Source: Candidatus Latescibacterota bacterium
Lineage (GTDB): Bacteria; Latescibacterota; UBA2968; GCA-2709665
DNA: 64,000 nt
Reading direction: 5' to 3'
Assembly (NCBI GenBank): GCA_965226795.1
Contig: CBDDDZ010000004.1
Location: 352,001-416,000, forward strand
Of this stretch, positions 50,999 through 59,132 are shown piece by piece (position 1 is the first letter of the stretch; the number at the start of each line of letters is the position of its first letter). Made by a program: the position numbers and the translations under genes. A model generated the notes under the pieces. It was given only the letters and a program-made list of their open reading frames with translations. It ran no database searches and was not told the DNA's origin.

Positions 50999-51402
50999 TC
51001 CCTCTCTGTATAACCCAGGACAACGAGCAGGCAGGGACCGCCGGAGACGACAGCGATGCCGGCGTTTTGAGCATCTTCAACGGCTTTCAGGCTCTCCGAG
51101 CCAGGTTGCATCCAGATGTATTCAACGCCGGAGTCCGCTGCGTCCGCCACGATCTTTTCCGTAACTTCGGGCGGTGTGATAACGGAAATGCGCGCCACCG
51201 GTTCGGGAAGTGCGGAGAGGCTGGGATACGCCCGTTGGCCTTCGATTTCTGCGGAATCCGGATTGACTGGATACGCCTTCAGGTCGTGCTGCAGATAACA
51301 TCTCAGGACCTTGTTGCCGTATTTGGAACGGTCGTTGGACGCGCCAACGACGGCATAAGGACCGGTCTGCAGGAATGCGTCGATTTTCTCATCGAGTGTC
51401 AC
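50995..51402 (-). CDS. CoA-binding protein (YccU-like)
   Basis: AVVGASNDRSKYG, YPVNP, IWMQPG and GPCL. Confidence 0.9.
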   Translation of the reverse strand: MTLDEKIDAFLQTGPYAVVGASNDRSKYGNKVLRCYLQHDLKAYPVNPDSAEIEGQRAYPSLSALPEPVARISVITPPEVTEKIVADAADSGVEYIWMQPGSESLKAVEDAQNAGIAVVSGGPCLLVVLGYTERD

Positions 51403-51437
51403 GCGTATTCTCCCCGGCGGCATGGATTCGTGAATGG

Positions 51438-51890
51438 TTACAAATCTTCATATCGTGGTAGAGAGCGCAGGAATCGGTAGCTGCGCTTCCTGCGGTCGAG
51501 GGCGTAGCAGTAGTGCGTGATGCCATTGGTCACAACCAGGAAGTTCGTACCCACAGACGTGTTGTAGCGGGCGATCTGATCGAATGCTTCCTGTTTGATT
51601 TTCACGCCGGGTGCCTTGCATTCTGCCATGAGAACGGGTTCACCCCTGCTGTTGTAGACGATAACGTCGGCGCGGTGCTGCGTACCCCCGTAAGCAAAAC
51701 CCGATTCGACGGCGGTCCGGCCTGCCGGAAAACCCAGGTCCTGAACCAGGTGCTGTACCAGGTTCTGGCGCACCCATTCCTCGGGCGTCAGTCGCACATG
51801 TTTCCGGCGAAGCGGATCGAAAATGGTCCTTTTTTCGCCGGCGGCGCGAATATCAAAGTCGTACTGGCGGGGAAAATTCAGACGTTGCAT
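51438..51890 (-). CDS. Stand-alone HsdR N-terminal-domain (PD-(D/E)xK) protein
   Basis: TPEEWVRQ, RADVIV, ECKAP, QIARY and VTNG. Confidence 0.88.
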   Translation of the reverse strand: MQRLNFPRQYDFDIRAAGEKRTIFDPLRRKHVRLTPEEWVRQNLVQHLVQDLGFPAGRTAVESGFAYGGTQHRADVIVYNSRGEPVLMAECKAPGVKIKQEAFDQIARYNTSVGTNFLVVTNGITHYCYALDRRKRSYRFLRSLPRYEDL

Positions 51891-52000
51891 ATGAATCGGT
51901 TGCAAAGCACGGAACCACGGCGGCAGAGGCCCACAATACGAATCTCCATCGGATTCGCGTCGAAGCCGGCAGGTTCACCCGCGGGCGCCATTGTGTTACA

Positions 52001-53161
52001 TTAGCGGGAAAGCCAGAGTGCGGGACGTTCGACGTGGCGGCGGATCGTGTCCAGGAACCGGGCGGCCGGTCCTCCGTCTGCCACGCGGTGGTCGAAGGTA
52101 AGGCTCAGGGCGACCATGTCCCGGGGGACGATCCGGCCCTGGTATACTGCCGGTTTGGAGACAATCCGGCCCACACCCAGAATGGCGCACTGCGGCAGGT
52201 TGATGATGGGTGTAAAGACGTCGATCCCGTACGCGCCCAGGTTCGTAATTGTAAACGTACCCCCTTGAAGATGCTCCGGTTCGAGGTTTCCCTCCTTGGC
52301 TTTCTGAACGAGGTCCGCGGTTTCGCGGGCGAGATCGGGCAGGTCTTTGGCGTCAACGTCAGTGATGACGGGAACGAGAAGGCCTGCATGGGTATCCACG
52401 GCGATACCGATGTGGATCTCCTCGTGCCTGTGGACGGTTCCGTCCCGCCAGGAGGCGTTCATGTCGGGGTGGTCGGCCAGGGCGAGGGCCGTCAGCTTCA
52501 GAAAGAGATCGTTGTACGTGAGGAAAGGGATGTCGAGTTCCGCGCGCAACACAACGAAGTCCGTTGCATCGGCGTCGGTGGAAAGCGTCACGGGCGCGGT
52601 CTCGTTGTGACTTTCGGTCAGACGCCGCGCGATGGTCCGGCGGATGGTACCTTCGGCCCTGTCCCGGGACGGGGCCGATGTCGCGGCCCGGACGTCACGT
52701 TCGACAATACGGCCGTTTCGACCGCTGCCTTGAAGCATATTCCAGTCGACACCCAGTTCCTTTGCCAGGCGGAGCGCCCGCGGGCTGATCGGGGGTCGAT
52801 TCTTCCTGGCTTGGGTTCGATCGGCGCGAGGTCGGGACGGGGTGGATTGTTGCGGTCCGGATTCCGCTTCCTGTTCGCCTGCCGGCGAGGCGGGTGTCGC
52901 GACGGGAGGCTTTTCGCCAGGTCCCAGCAGAAAGGCCAGCAATGTGCCTATGGGTACGGTGTCGCCCGGTTGGGGCGCATCGGGCGGTATATACAGGGTG
53001 CCGCTGTCGAAAGATTCAATTTCATTTATCGCTTTGTCGCTTTCAACCGTAAAGATGATTTCTCCCGACTCAATCGTTTCCCCGTCCTGCTTGAGCCATT
53101 CGACCAGGGTGCCTTCCTCCATGGTCCATCCCAGGCGGGGCATGACGATTTCAATGGGCAT
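52001..53161 (-). CDS. 2-oxoacid dehydrogenase E2 (dihydrolipoamide acyltransferase)
   Basis: Lipoyl motif VESDKA, subunit-binding ISPRA...GSGRNGRI and catalytic DHRVADG. Confidence 0.93.
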   Translation of the reverse strand: MPIEIVMPRLGWTMEEGTLVEWLKQDGETIESGEIIFTVESDKAINEIESFDSGTLYIPPDAPQPGDTVPIGTLLAFLLGPGEKPPVATPASPAGEQEAESGPQQSTPSRPRADRTQARKNRPPISPRALRLAKELGVDWNMLQGSGRNGRIVERDVRAATSAPSRDRAEGTIRRTIARRLTESHNETAPVTLSTDADATDFVVLRAELDIPFLTYNDLFLKLTALALADHPDMNASWRDGTVHRHEEIHIGIAVDTHAGLLVPVITDVDAKDLPDLARETADLVQKAKEGNLEPEHLQGGTFTITNLGAYGIDVFTPIINLPQCAILGVGRIVSKPAVYQGRIVPRDMVALSLTFDHRVADGGPAARFLDTIRRHVERPALWLSR

Positions 53162-53240
53162 CGAGATCATCCTTATGAAAACGAAAGGAAGCGAACGGAC
53201 ACAAACTGATTCTCCTCCCGGCGCCGTGTGGAGATGGCGC

Positions 53241-54218
53241 CTATTCCTCCATCAGATCGCGGATGGCCTGCGAAATGGTTTCCGGTTGAGGTGTGCAGGC
53301 CGCCTCCAGCGGGGCGCTGTACGGCGTGGGGGCATGCGCGCCGTTGAGGCGGCGTACCGGCGCGTCCAGATCGTCGAACGCCAGACTCTGAATCTGAGCC
53401 GCGATTTCGGCGCCGATGCCGCACGGACCGAAGGCCTCGTCCACGATGAGGAGACGGCCGGTCTTGTGTACCGATTCCAGTATGGTGTCCATGTCCAGCG
53501 GCGCCACGGTGCGCGGGTCGATGAGTTCAACCGAGATACCGTCCGCGGCAAGTGGGTCGATGAGTTTCCACGTAACGGGAACCATGTTGGCAAGCGCGAC
53601 AACAGTGAGGTCCGTGCCTTCGCGCCGTACCTCGGCCTTCCCGAAGGGAATGGCGTACGGTGTTTCGGGTACGGGACCCCTGTGGTTGAGGATGGACTTG
53701 TGTTCGAGGAAGAGAACGGGATCGTTGCCTTCCAGGGCGGTCTTGAACAGGCCCTTGGCGTCGTACGGCGTGGCGGGCAGGGCCACGCGGAAACCGGGCA
53801 GATGAGCGAAAACGGGATAGTAGTTTCCGGAATGGTGGGTGGCGGCGGCCCCTCCGATGCCGACGCAGCCTCGCAGAACAACGGGCATGGAAAGGCGGCC
53901 GCTGCTCATGTATTGCATTTTGGCGACCTGGTTGACCATCTCGCCGAAACCGTCCAGGATGAAATCGATAAACATGAAATCGACCACGGGCCGCGCGCCG
54001 GCCATGGCCGCGCCCGTGCAAAGACCGATAAAGCCCCGCTCGCAAATCGGGGTATCGCACACGCGCATGGGACCGTAGAGGTCGTAGAGTCCGGTGGTGG
54101 TGTTGAAGTTGCCGCCGCGTTCGCCCACGCCTTCGCCGACGACGAAGATGGTGGGGTCCGCCGCCATGGCTTCGGACAGGGCTTCGCGGGCGGCTTCCGT
54201 AAAAGTGATTTCACGCAT
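53241..54218 (-). CDS. TPP-dependent dehydrogenase E1 beta subunit
   Basis: DTPICE, YDAKGL, FLEHK and KTGRLLIVDE. Confidence 0.93.
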   Translation of the reverse strand: MREITFTEAAREALSEAMAADPTIFVVGEGVGERGGNFNTTTGLYDLYGPMRVCDTPICERGFIGLCTGAAMAGARPVVDFMFIDFILDGFGEMVNQVAKMQYMSSGRLSMPVVLRGCVGIGGAAATHHSGNYYPVFAHLPGFRVALPATPYDAKGLFKTALEGNDPVLFLEHKSILNHRGPVPETPYAIPFGKAEVRREGTDLTVVALANMVPVTWKLIDPLAADGISVELIDPRTVAPLDMDTILESVHKTGRLLIVDEAFGPCGIGAEIAAQIQSLAFDDLDAPVRRLNGAHAPTPYSAPLEAACTPQPETISQAIRDLMEE

Positions 54219-54229
54219 AGGTTCGCTTC

Positions 54230-55201
54230 CTATCCACTGAAGACGTGGTCCGTTACCGTGGCGGGGTCCGGCCAGGGGCTCGTTCTGGCGAACTCGACGC
54301 CCTCTTCAACGGCGGTCCGGGTCTCACTTTCGATCCGGTCGAGCGCTTCCCGGTCGGCAATGGCGCCTTCTATCAGTCTCCCGGCCAGCATTTCGATGGG
54401 ATCTCTGGCCCTCCACGCGTCGAGTTCTTCCCGCGTGCGGTAACCGGTGTCTCGCATCCCCTCGGCGTGAGGACGGGTTCGGTAGGTTTTGCAGTCCAGC
54501 AGTGTGGGGCCGCCTCCCTCCCTCGCGCGAACCACGGCCTCGCCCGCTTTTTTGTAGACGTCGATGACGTCATTGCCGTCAACTGAAACGCCGGTTACGC
54601 CATAGCCCTCCGCGCGCTGGGCGATATTCGTATTTCGGGTGGCGTACTCAAAGGCGATTTCAGTGGCGTACCGGTTGTCTTCCAGGACGAAGATGACGGG
54701 CAGTTGCCAGATGGCGGCCATGTTCAGGCCTTCATGAAAGGCGCCGTTGTTTACGCCCCCGTCGCCGAAAAAGGCTACGCTGACCCGATCGGTTTCGAGC
54801 AACTTGAACGTGTACGCGGCCCCCGCAGCCTGCAGGATGCTGGGGCCCACGATGCCGCTGGTGCCCATCAGGCCGATTTCAGGCGAGAAAAGGTGCATGC
54901 TGCCACCCCGCCCCCGGGCGCAACCCGTGGATTTGCCGAAGAGTTCGGCGATAAGTTCCCCTATGGGCACGCCCTTGGCGAGCGCGTGGCCGTGGCCCCG
55001 ATGGGTGCTGAAGATCGTGTCGTCCCTGCGCAGATGGGCGCAGACACCCGCAGCGATAGCCTCCTCGCCGACGTAGGTGTGGCAGGCGCCGGGGATGAGT
55101 CCGGCCTGATACGACCTGGCAATCTGCTCCTCGGTGCGACGGATTGTGAGCATCTGCCGGTAAAGGGTGAGGAGTTGTTCGGTTCTGAGGTCGCCTGACA
55201 T
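54230..55201 (-). CDS. TPP-dependent dehydrogenase E1 alpha subunit (AcoA/PdhA-like)
   Basis: STHRGHGH, GRGGSMH and the GDG...DN TPP motif. Confidence 0.93.
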   Translation of the reverse strand: MSGDLRTEQLLTLYRQMLTIRRTEEQIARSYQAGLIPGACHTYVGEEAIAAGVCAHLRRDDTIFSTHRGHGHALAKGVPIGELIAELFGKSTGCARGRGGSMHLFSPEIGLMGTSGIVGPSILQAAGAAYTFKLLETDRVSVAFFGDGGVNNGAFHEGLNMAAIWQLPVIFVLEDNRYATEIAFEYATRNTNIAQRAEGYGVTGVSVDGNDVIDVYKKAGEAVVRAREGGGPTLLDCKTYRTRPHAEGMRDTGYRTREELDAWRARDPIEMLAGRLIEGAIADREALDRIESETRTAVEEGVEFARTSPWPDPATVTDHVFSG

Positions 55202-55247
55202 GGGGTTCCCCTGCTTGTTCTATGGGCGTGACGGTGATGGAACCTGG

Positions 55248-56060
55248 CTATCCACTGGCGATCGGGCCCCCGGGATAGGTGCCGCCCGCGTTCATCGCCA
55301 GGTTGCCGCCGTCCATTGGCAACAACACGCCGGTGATCCACGCGGACGCATCGGAGGCGAGGAAGATGGAGACGCCCACGATATCCTGCGGCTCGCCGAA
55401 CCGGCCGGCGGGTATGCCGCCCAGCCAGGTATCGGCCATTCTGGGTTCGGCCCGCAGGCGTTTTTCCAGGAAGTCGTTCATGACCTGCGCGGGCAGGATG
55501 GCGTTCACACGCACGCCCCTGCCGCTCCATTCCGTGCTGAGTTCCCGCGTCATCTGGGCCACGGCGCCCATGCCAACGCTATACGCGATATGGCCGCGGC
55601 CCATAGCGGAGACGCTGGCCAGGGAGCCGATATTGATGATGCTGCCCTTGCCGGCGGCGAGCATGCGCCTGCCCCCTTCCTGGCAGCAGCAGAAGCGGCC
55701 GATGACCAGGGATTGCAGGCTCTGTTGAAGCTCGTCAAGGGTGAGATCCTCCGGTTTTTTCACCATGGTTCCACCGGCGACGTTACCCAGGACGTGAATG
55801 CGGCCGAATTCCTTGTCAAGGCGTTCGAACATAGAGCGGACCTGGTCGGTATCGGAAACGTCACACCGCACGGGAATGGCGCGCCGGCCCAGTGATTCGA
55901 TCTCGTGGGCGGTTTCCTGCGCCCCCGGGCCATCGATGTCGGCCAGCATAAGGTCCGCGCCGGCTTCCGCAAAGCCGATGGCCATGGCTTTGCCCATACC
56001 CCTGGCCGCACCCGAAACAAGGGCGACACGGTCGGTCAGGTCGAAGATTGGATGCGACAT
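55248..56060 (-). CDS. SDR-family oxidoreductase (YxxxM variant)
   Basis: SGAARGMG, NVAG, YSVGM, VRVNAI and MDGG. Confidence 0.9.
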   Translation of the reverse strand: MSHPIFDLTDRVALVSGAARGMGKAMAIGFAEAGADLMLADIDGPGAQETAHEIESLGRRAIPVRCDVSDTDQVRSMFERLDKEFGRIHVLGNVAGGTMVKKPEDLTLDELQQSLQSLVIGRFCCCQEGGRRMLAAGKGSIINIGSLASVSAMGRGHIAYSVGMGAVAQMTRELSTEWSGRGVRVNAILPAQVMNDFLEKRLRAEPRMADTWLGGIPAGRFGEPQDIVGVSIFLASDASAWITGVLLPMDGGNLAMNAGGTYPGGPIASG

Positions 56061-56121
56061 GGTCATTCTCCCGATAGATGCCGTAAGACGCGCCTGCCAC
56101 CCCAACCCCGAACGGGACTCT

Positions 56122-56487
56122 CTATCTGCCGAGGTAGGCGACCGCGTCGATTTCGACGAGGATGCCCTTATACATGTCGCCCGCTCCGACCAGACGCCGT
56201 GTGGGCAACATGTTCCTGTTTTTGAAATATCGCATATAGGTGCGATTGAAATCGTCGCGGTCGGCCATGTCCAGGAGGAAGACGTTGACGCGGACGACGT
56301 CGTCGAAGGAGGCGCCCTCTTTTTTCAGTACGTCTTTCATGTTGTCCATGGTAAAAATGGTCTGTTCCTCGATATTTCCTCCCACGACATCGCCGCCTTC
56401 TACAGGGCCGAAGCCGGAGAGGAATAGCATATCGCCGGCGCGACGGGCCATGGAATAGAAGGGTTCGGGACTCACCTTATTGGCCAT
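56122..56487 (-). CDS. RidA/YjgF-family imine deaminase
   Basis: LFLSG, PTR (catalytic Arg region) and LVEIDAVA. Confidence 0.9.
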   Translation of the reverse strand: MANKVSPEPFYSMARRAGDMLFLSGFGPVEGGDVVGGNIEEQTIFTMDNMKDVLKKEGASFDDVVRVNVFLLDMADRDDFNRTYMRYFKNRNMLPTRRLVGAGDMYKGILVEIDAVAYLGR

Positions 56488-56589
56488 GGAAATAATCTCC
56501 TGGAGTTATGAATTCAAAGCCGAAGAAATGGACTGAGGCGTAAAGGATGTTCGGTCACGCGGGGTGTTCAGGTTTGAATATCCGCCTTT

Positions 56590-57705
56590 TCAGTTCTGCG
56601 TGAAAAGCGCCGCATTCCTTCTATGGTCAAACAGAGAGGGATCGTGTTCCTTCAGCGGCAGCCGCGGGCGAACGTCCGTGTTGACAATGTTGTCGGGATG
56701 GGGCCGGCGGCCGCTGAGTACCGAGACGAGGTTCTCTACGCCCGTGGTTGCCACCTCCTGGCTGGCCTGCACGGATAGGCCGGAGATGTGTGGCGTAAGG
56801 ATCACGTTATTCAGCCTGGTCAGCGCATGGTCCGGCGGAGACTCCTGTTCTCCGAAGATTTCAATGTCGTCGAAGGTGTCCAGGGCGGCGCCGGCCAGGT
56901 GCCCGCTTCCGAGCAGACCGGCGAGCGCGCCTTCGTCCGTGATGGCGCCGCGGCAGGTATTGATGAAATAGGAACCGGGTTTCATTTTTTTCAGGTTGGA
57001 CTCGTCCAGCAGGCGATAGGTGTCCTGTGTGAGCGGCAGGTGCAGAGAGACAAAGTCCGACGTCCTTAAAAGCGTGTCAAGGTCCACCATTCGGACACCC
57101 AGGGCGTCGGCTTCGTCCCGCGGCGCATGCATGTTTTTCCGGGTGGCCAGGATATCGAGGCCAAAGGGTCTTGCGCGGCTTACCACGGCCTTCGCCGAGG
57201 CGCCGAAACCGATCAGACCCAGGGTGAGGCCCGATATGCGCCGGAGCCGGAGACCCTCGTCACGAGCCTGCTGGTACGCGCCAGCGTAGAAATGCCGCGA
57301 CATTCCTGGAATTTTCCGGGCGAGGCCGAGCAGGGAGGCCATCACGTGATCGGCCATTTCTTCGTTGCAAAATGAAGGGACATTTGAAACAAGAATGCCC
57401 TCTTCGGTGGCGGTTTTGACGTCGATCTTGTCCGTGCCGTTGCCCAACCGGGAGATGATCCGGCATTTGGACAGGCTCTTGATGACCGGCTCAGGAAGCG
57501 ACGCTGAGACAACGGCAAGCGCGTCGCAATCCGCAACGCGGGCGACGATGTCGTCCGGTTCATAGGCGTCCACCGGTATGGGCGCGATACCGTAGTGCCT
57601 GTAGAGCGCTGCCTCGGTCGGATTTATCCGTATAACGTCTGCATTGAGGCGGGCGAAGCGGACATCTTCAAAACCGGTCCCGGGCATTGGACAGACCGAT
57701 GGCAA
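56590..57705 (-). CDS. D-2-hydroxyacid dehydrogenase family protein
   Basis: GLIGFG, SLHLPLT, INTCRG and LTPH. Start uncertain (alternative ATG 57687). Confidence 0.88.
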   Translation of the reverse strand: MPSVCPMPGTGFEDVRFARLNADVIRINPTEAALYRHYGIAPIPVDAYEPDDIVARVADCDALAVVSASLPEPVIKSLSKCRIISRLGNGTDKIDVKTATEEGILVSNVPSFCNEEMADHVMASLLGLARKIPGMSRHFYAGAYQQARDEGLRLRRISGLTLGLIGFGASAKAVVSRARPFGLDILATRKNMHAPRDEADALGVRMVDLDTLLRTSDFVSLHLPLTQDTYRLLDESNLKKMKPGSYFINTCRGAITDEGALAGLLGSGHLAGAALDTFDDIEIFGEQESPPDHALTRLNNVILTPHISGLSVQASQEVATTGVENLVSVLSGRRPHPDNIVNTDVRPRLPLKEHDPSLFDHRRNAALFTQN

Positions 57706-57725
57706 TGAAGGTGGATTGAATTCAC

Positions 57726-58787
57726 TCAGCGGATTTTTCCGCGCGCGTGTACCGGCCAGGTCGCTTCAACCTTTCCATTTCGGGTAGCAACCATTTTATC
57801 GTGTTCGTTGACGCAGGGGCAGGGATGAACGGGAAGCACCTGAACGCGCTCGCCAATCTCCGGTTTAACCGCGCATCTGGAAATGTCCACGTGGCCGTGC
57901 TCTTCGGACGCGATCCCGATCAGGGCATCGGGGTATTCGACAATGTGACCCATGCAGTCGCCCCGGTCCGTCTTGTAGACTGACGCGCTCAGCGCTTTGC
58001 TTCCTGCATCCAGGAACATACGGTCTTCGGTGGGCCTGCTCACGACGGTCGTGATCACGCGAAGCGCGCACTGCTCCAGGGTGTGTCGGCCTTCGGCCAA
58101 GTGCATGGCGCCCCCCACCGGGTATTCGCCCGCGCGGTACTCGGTGAGTTCAGGAATCTCGTGTGCGGCCATGGCGTTGGGCGTGCCACCGCCGCTTACA
58201 ACGGCGCGAGGCAGGCCGGCCCTGTCGAACAGGTCTATGGTCTCCTGAATGAGCGGTCTTGATTCGGGTGGCGTGGGAAAGCCCATGAATCCCCGGAGCT
58301 CGAGACCGGGCAGTTCGTGGACGAGTTTCGCCAGTTCCGTGGCTTGCTGCGGCGTGGGAACGCCCGTGCGTTCAAATCCCATTTCGACTTCGATCAGAAT
58401 GCCGATGGAAACGCCCTCAGCTTCGGCCGCTCCGGAGAGTCCCCGCACGGTGAATTCAGAGTCCGGTGCAACGGTAATCGGCAGTCGTTTCGCCAGGGCC
58501 GTCAGCCGGTCCAGCTTCTGTCTGCCCAGGATATTATAGGGAACAAGCAGGTCGGTGTGGATGCCACCCGCGGCGAGGACTTCGGCTTCGCCGAGCTTCT
58601 GACACGTGAGGCCTATGGCGCCATATTTCAATTGCATCTGGGCGACGGCCAGGGTCTTGTGGGTCTTGATATGAGGACGGAAGCCGATGCCGTGTTCTTT
58701 GAAATAGCGGTGGTATCGATCCAGATTTTCTTCCAGGGCGTCCAGATTGATGACAAGGACAGGCGTGTCCAATTCGTCGATGCGCAT
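57726..58787 (-). CDS. D-threonine aldolase / D-serine dehydratase (DSD1)-family fold-III PLP enzyme
   Basis: RPHIKTHK, CQKLGEAE, DAGSK, SEEHG and HPC. AAGGAG RBS. Confidence 0.9.
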   Translation of the reverse strand: MRIDELDTPVLVINLDALEENLDRYHRYFKEHGIGFRPHIKTHKTLAVAQMQLKYGAIGLTCQKLGEAEVLAAGGIHTDLLVPYNILGRQKLDRLTALAKRLPITVAPDSEFTVRGLSGAAEAEGVSIGILIEVEMGFERTGVPTPQQATELAKLVHELPGLELRGFMGFPTPPESRPLIQETIDLFDRAGLPRAVVSGGGTPNAMAAHEIPELTEYRAGEYPVGGAMHLAEGRHTLEQCALRVITTVVSRPTEDRMFLDAGSKALSASVYKTDRGDCMGHIVEYPDALIGIASEEHGHVDISRCAVKPEIGERVQVLPVHPCPCVNEHDKMVATRNGKVEATWPVHARGKIR

Positions 58788-59132
58788 GCAGGGCTCCTTC
58801 GCCGGGAGTCGTCGGGTTGACCGCAGTGACATTAAATAGCTTGGACAGCGCCGCAGGTCAAGGAATTTCGCAACCGGAGACCGCGGGATTGCTTTTCGCT
58901 TGACATGCGGCGTCCGCGGCCCAAAGTTTAGTGCAATAAATAATCCTCATAAGCCTGTGGATCCCGTTAACCGGACCGTGGCTCCCGCCGCCGGAAACAG
59001 ACGACCGCCCGGGTTTCGGGCGGTTATGGGTTATTGACCGGAGACAGCAGGTTGGATAGTCTTCCAAGGAAAAGCCCGTGCTGCGCTATCGATGGGCAGG
59101 CGAGGGGTTAAACGGTTGCAGGAGGGACAGGT

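Noticed and set aside
51438..51890. Type I restriction-modification system
   Set aside because: Only a ~150-aa nuclease-like domain is present, with no helicase, HsdM or HsdS.
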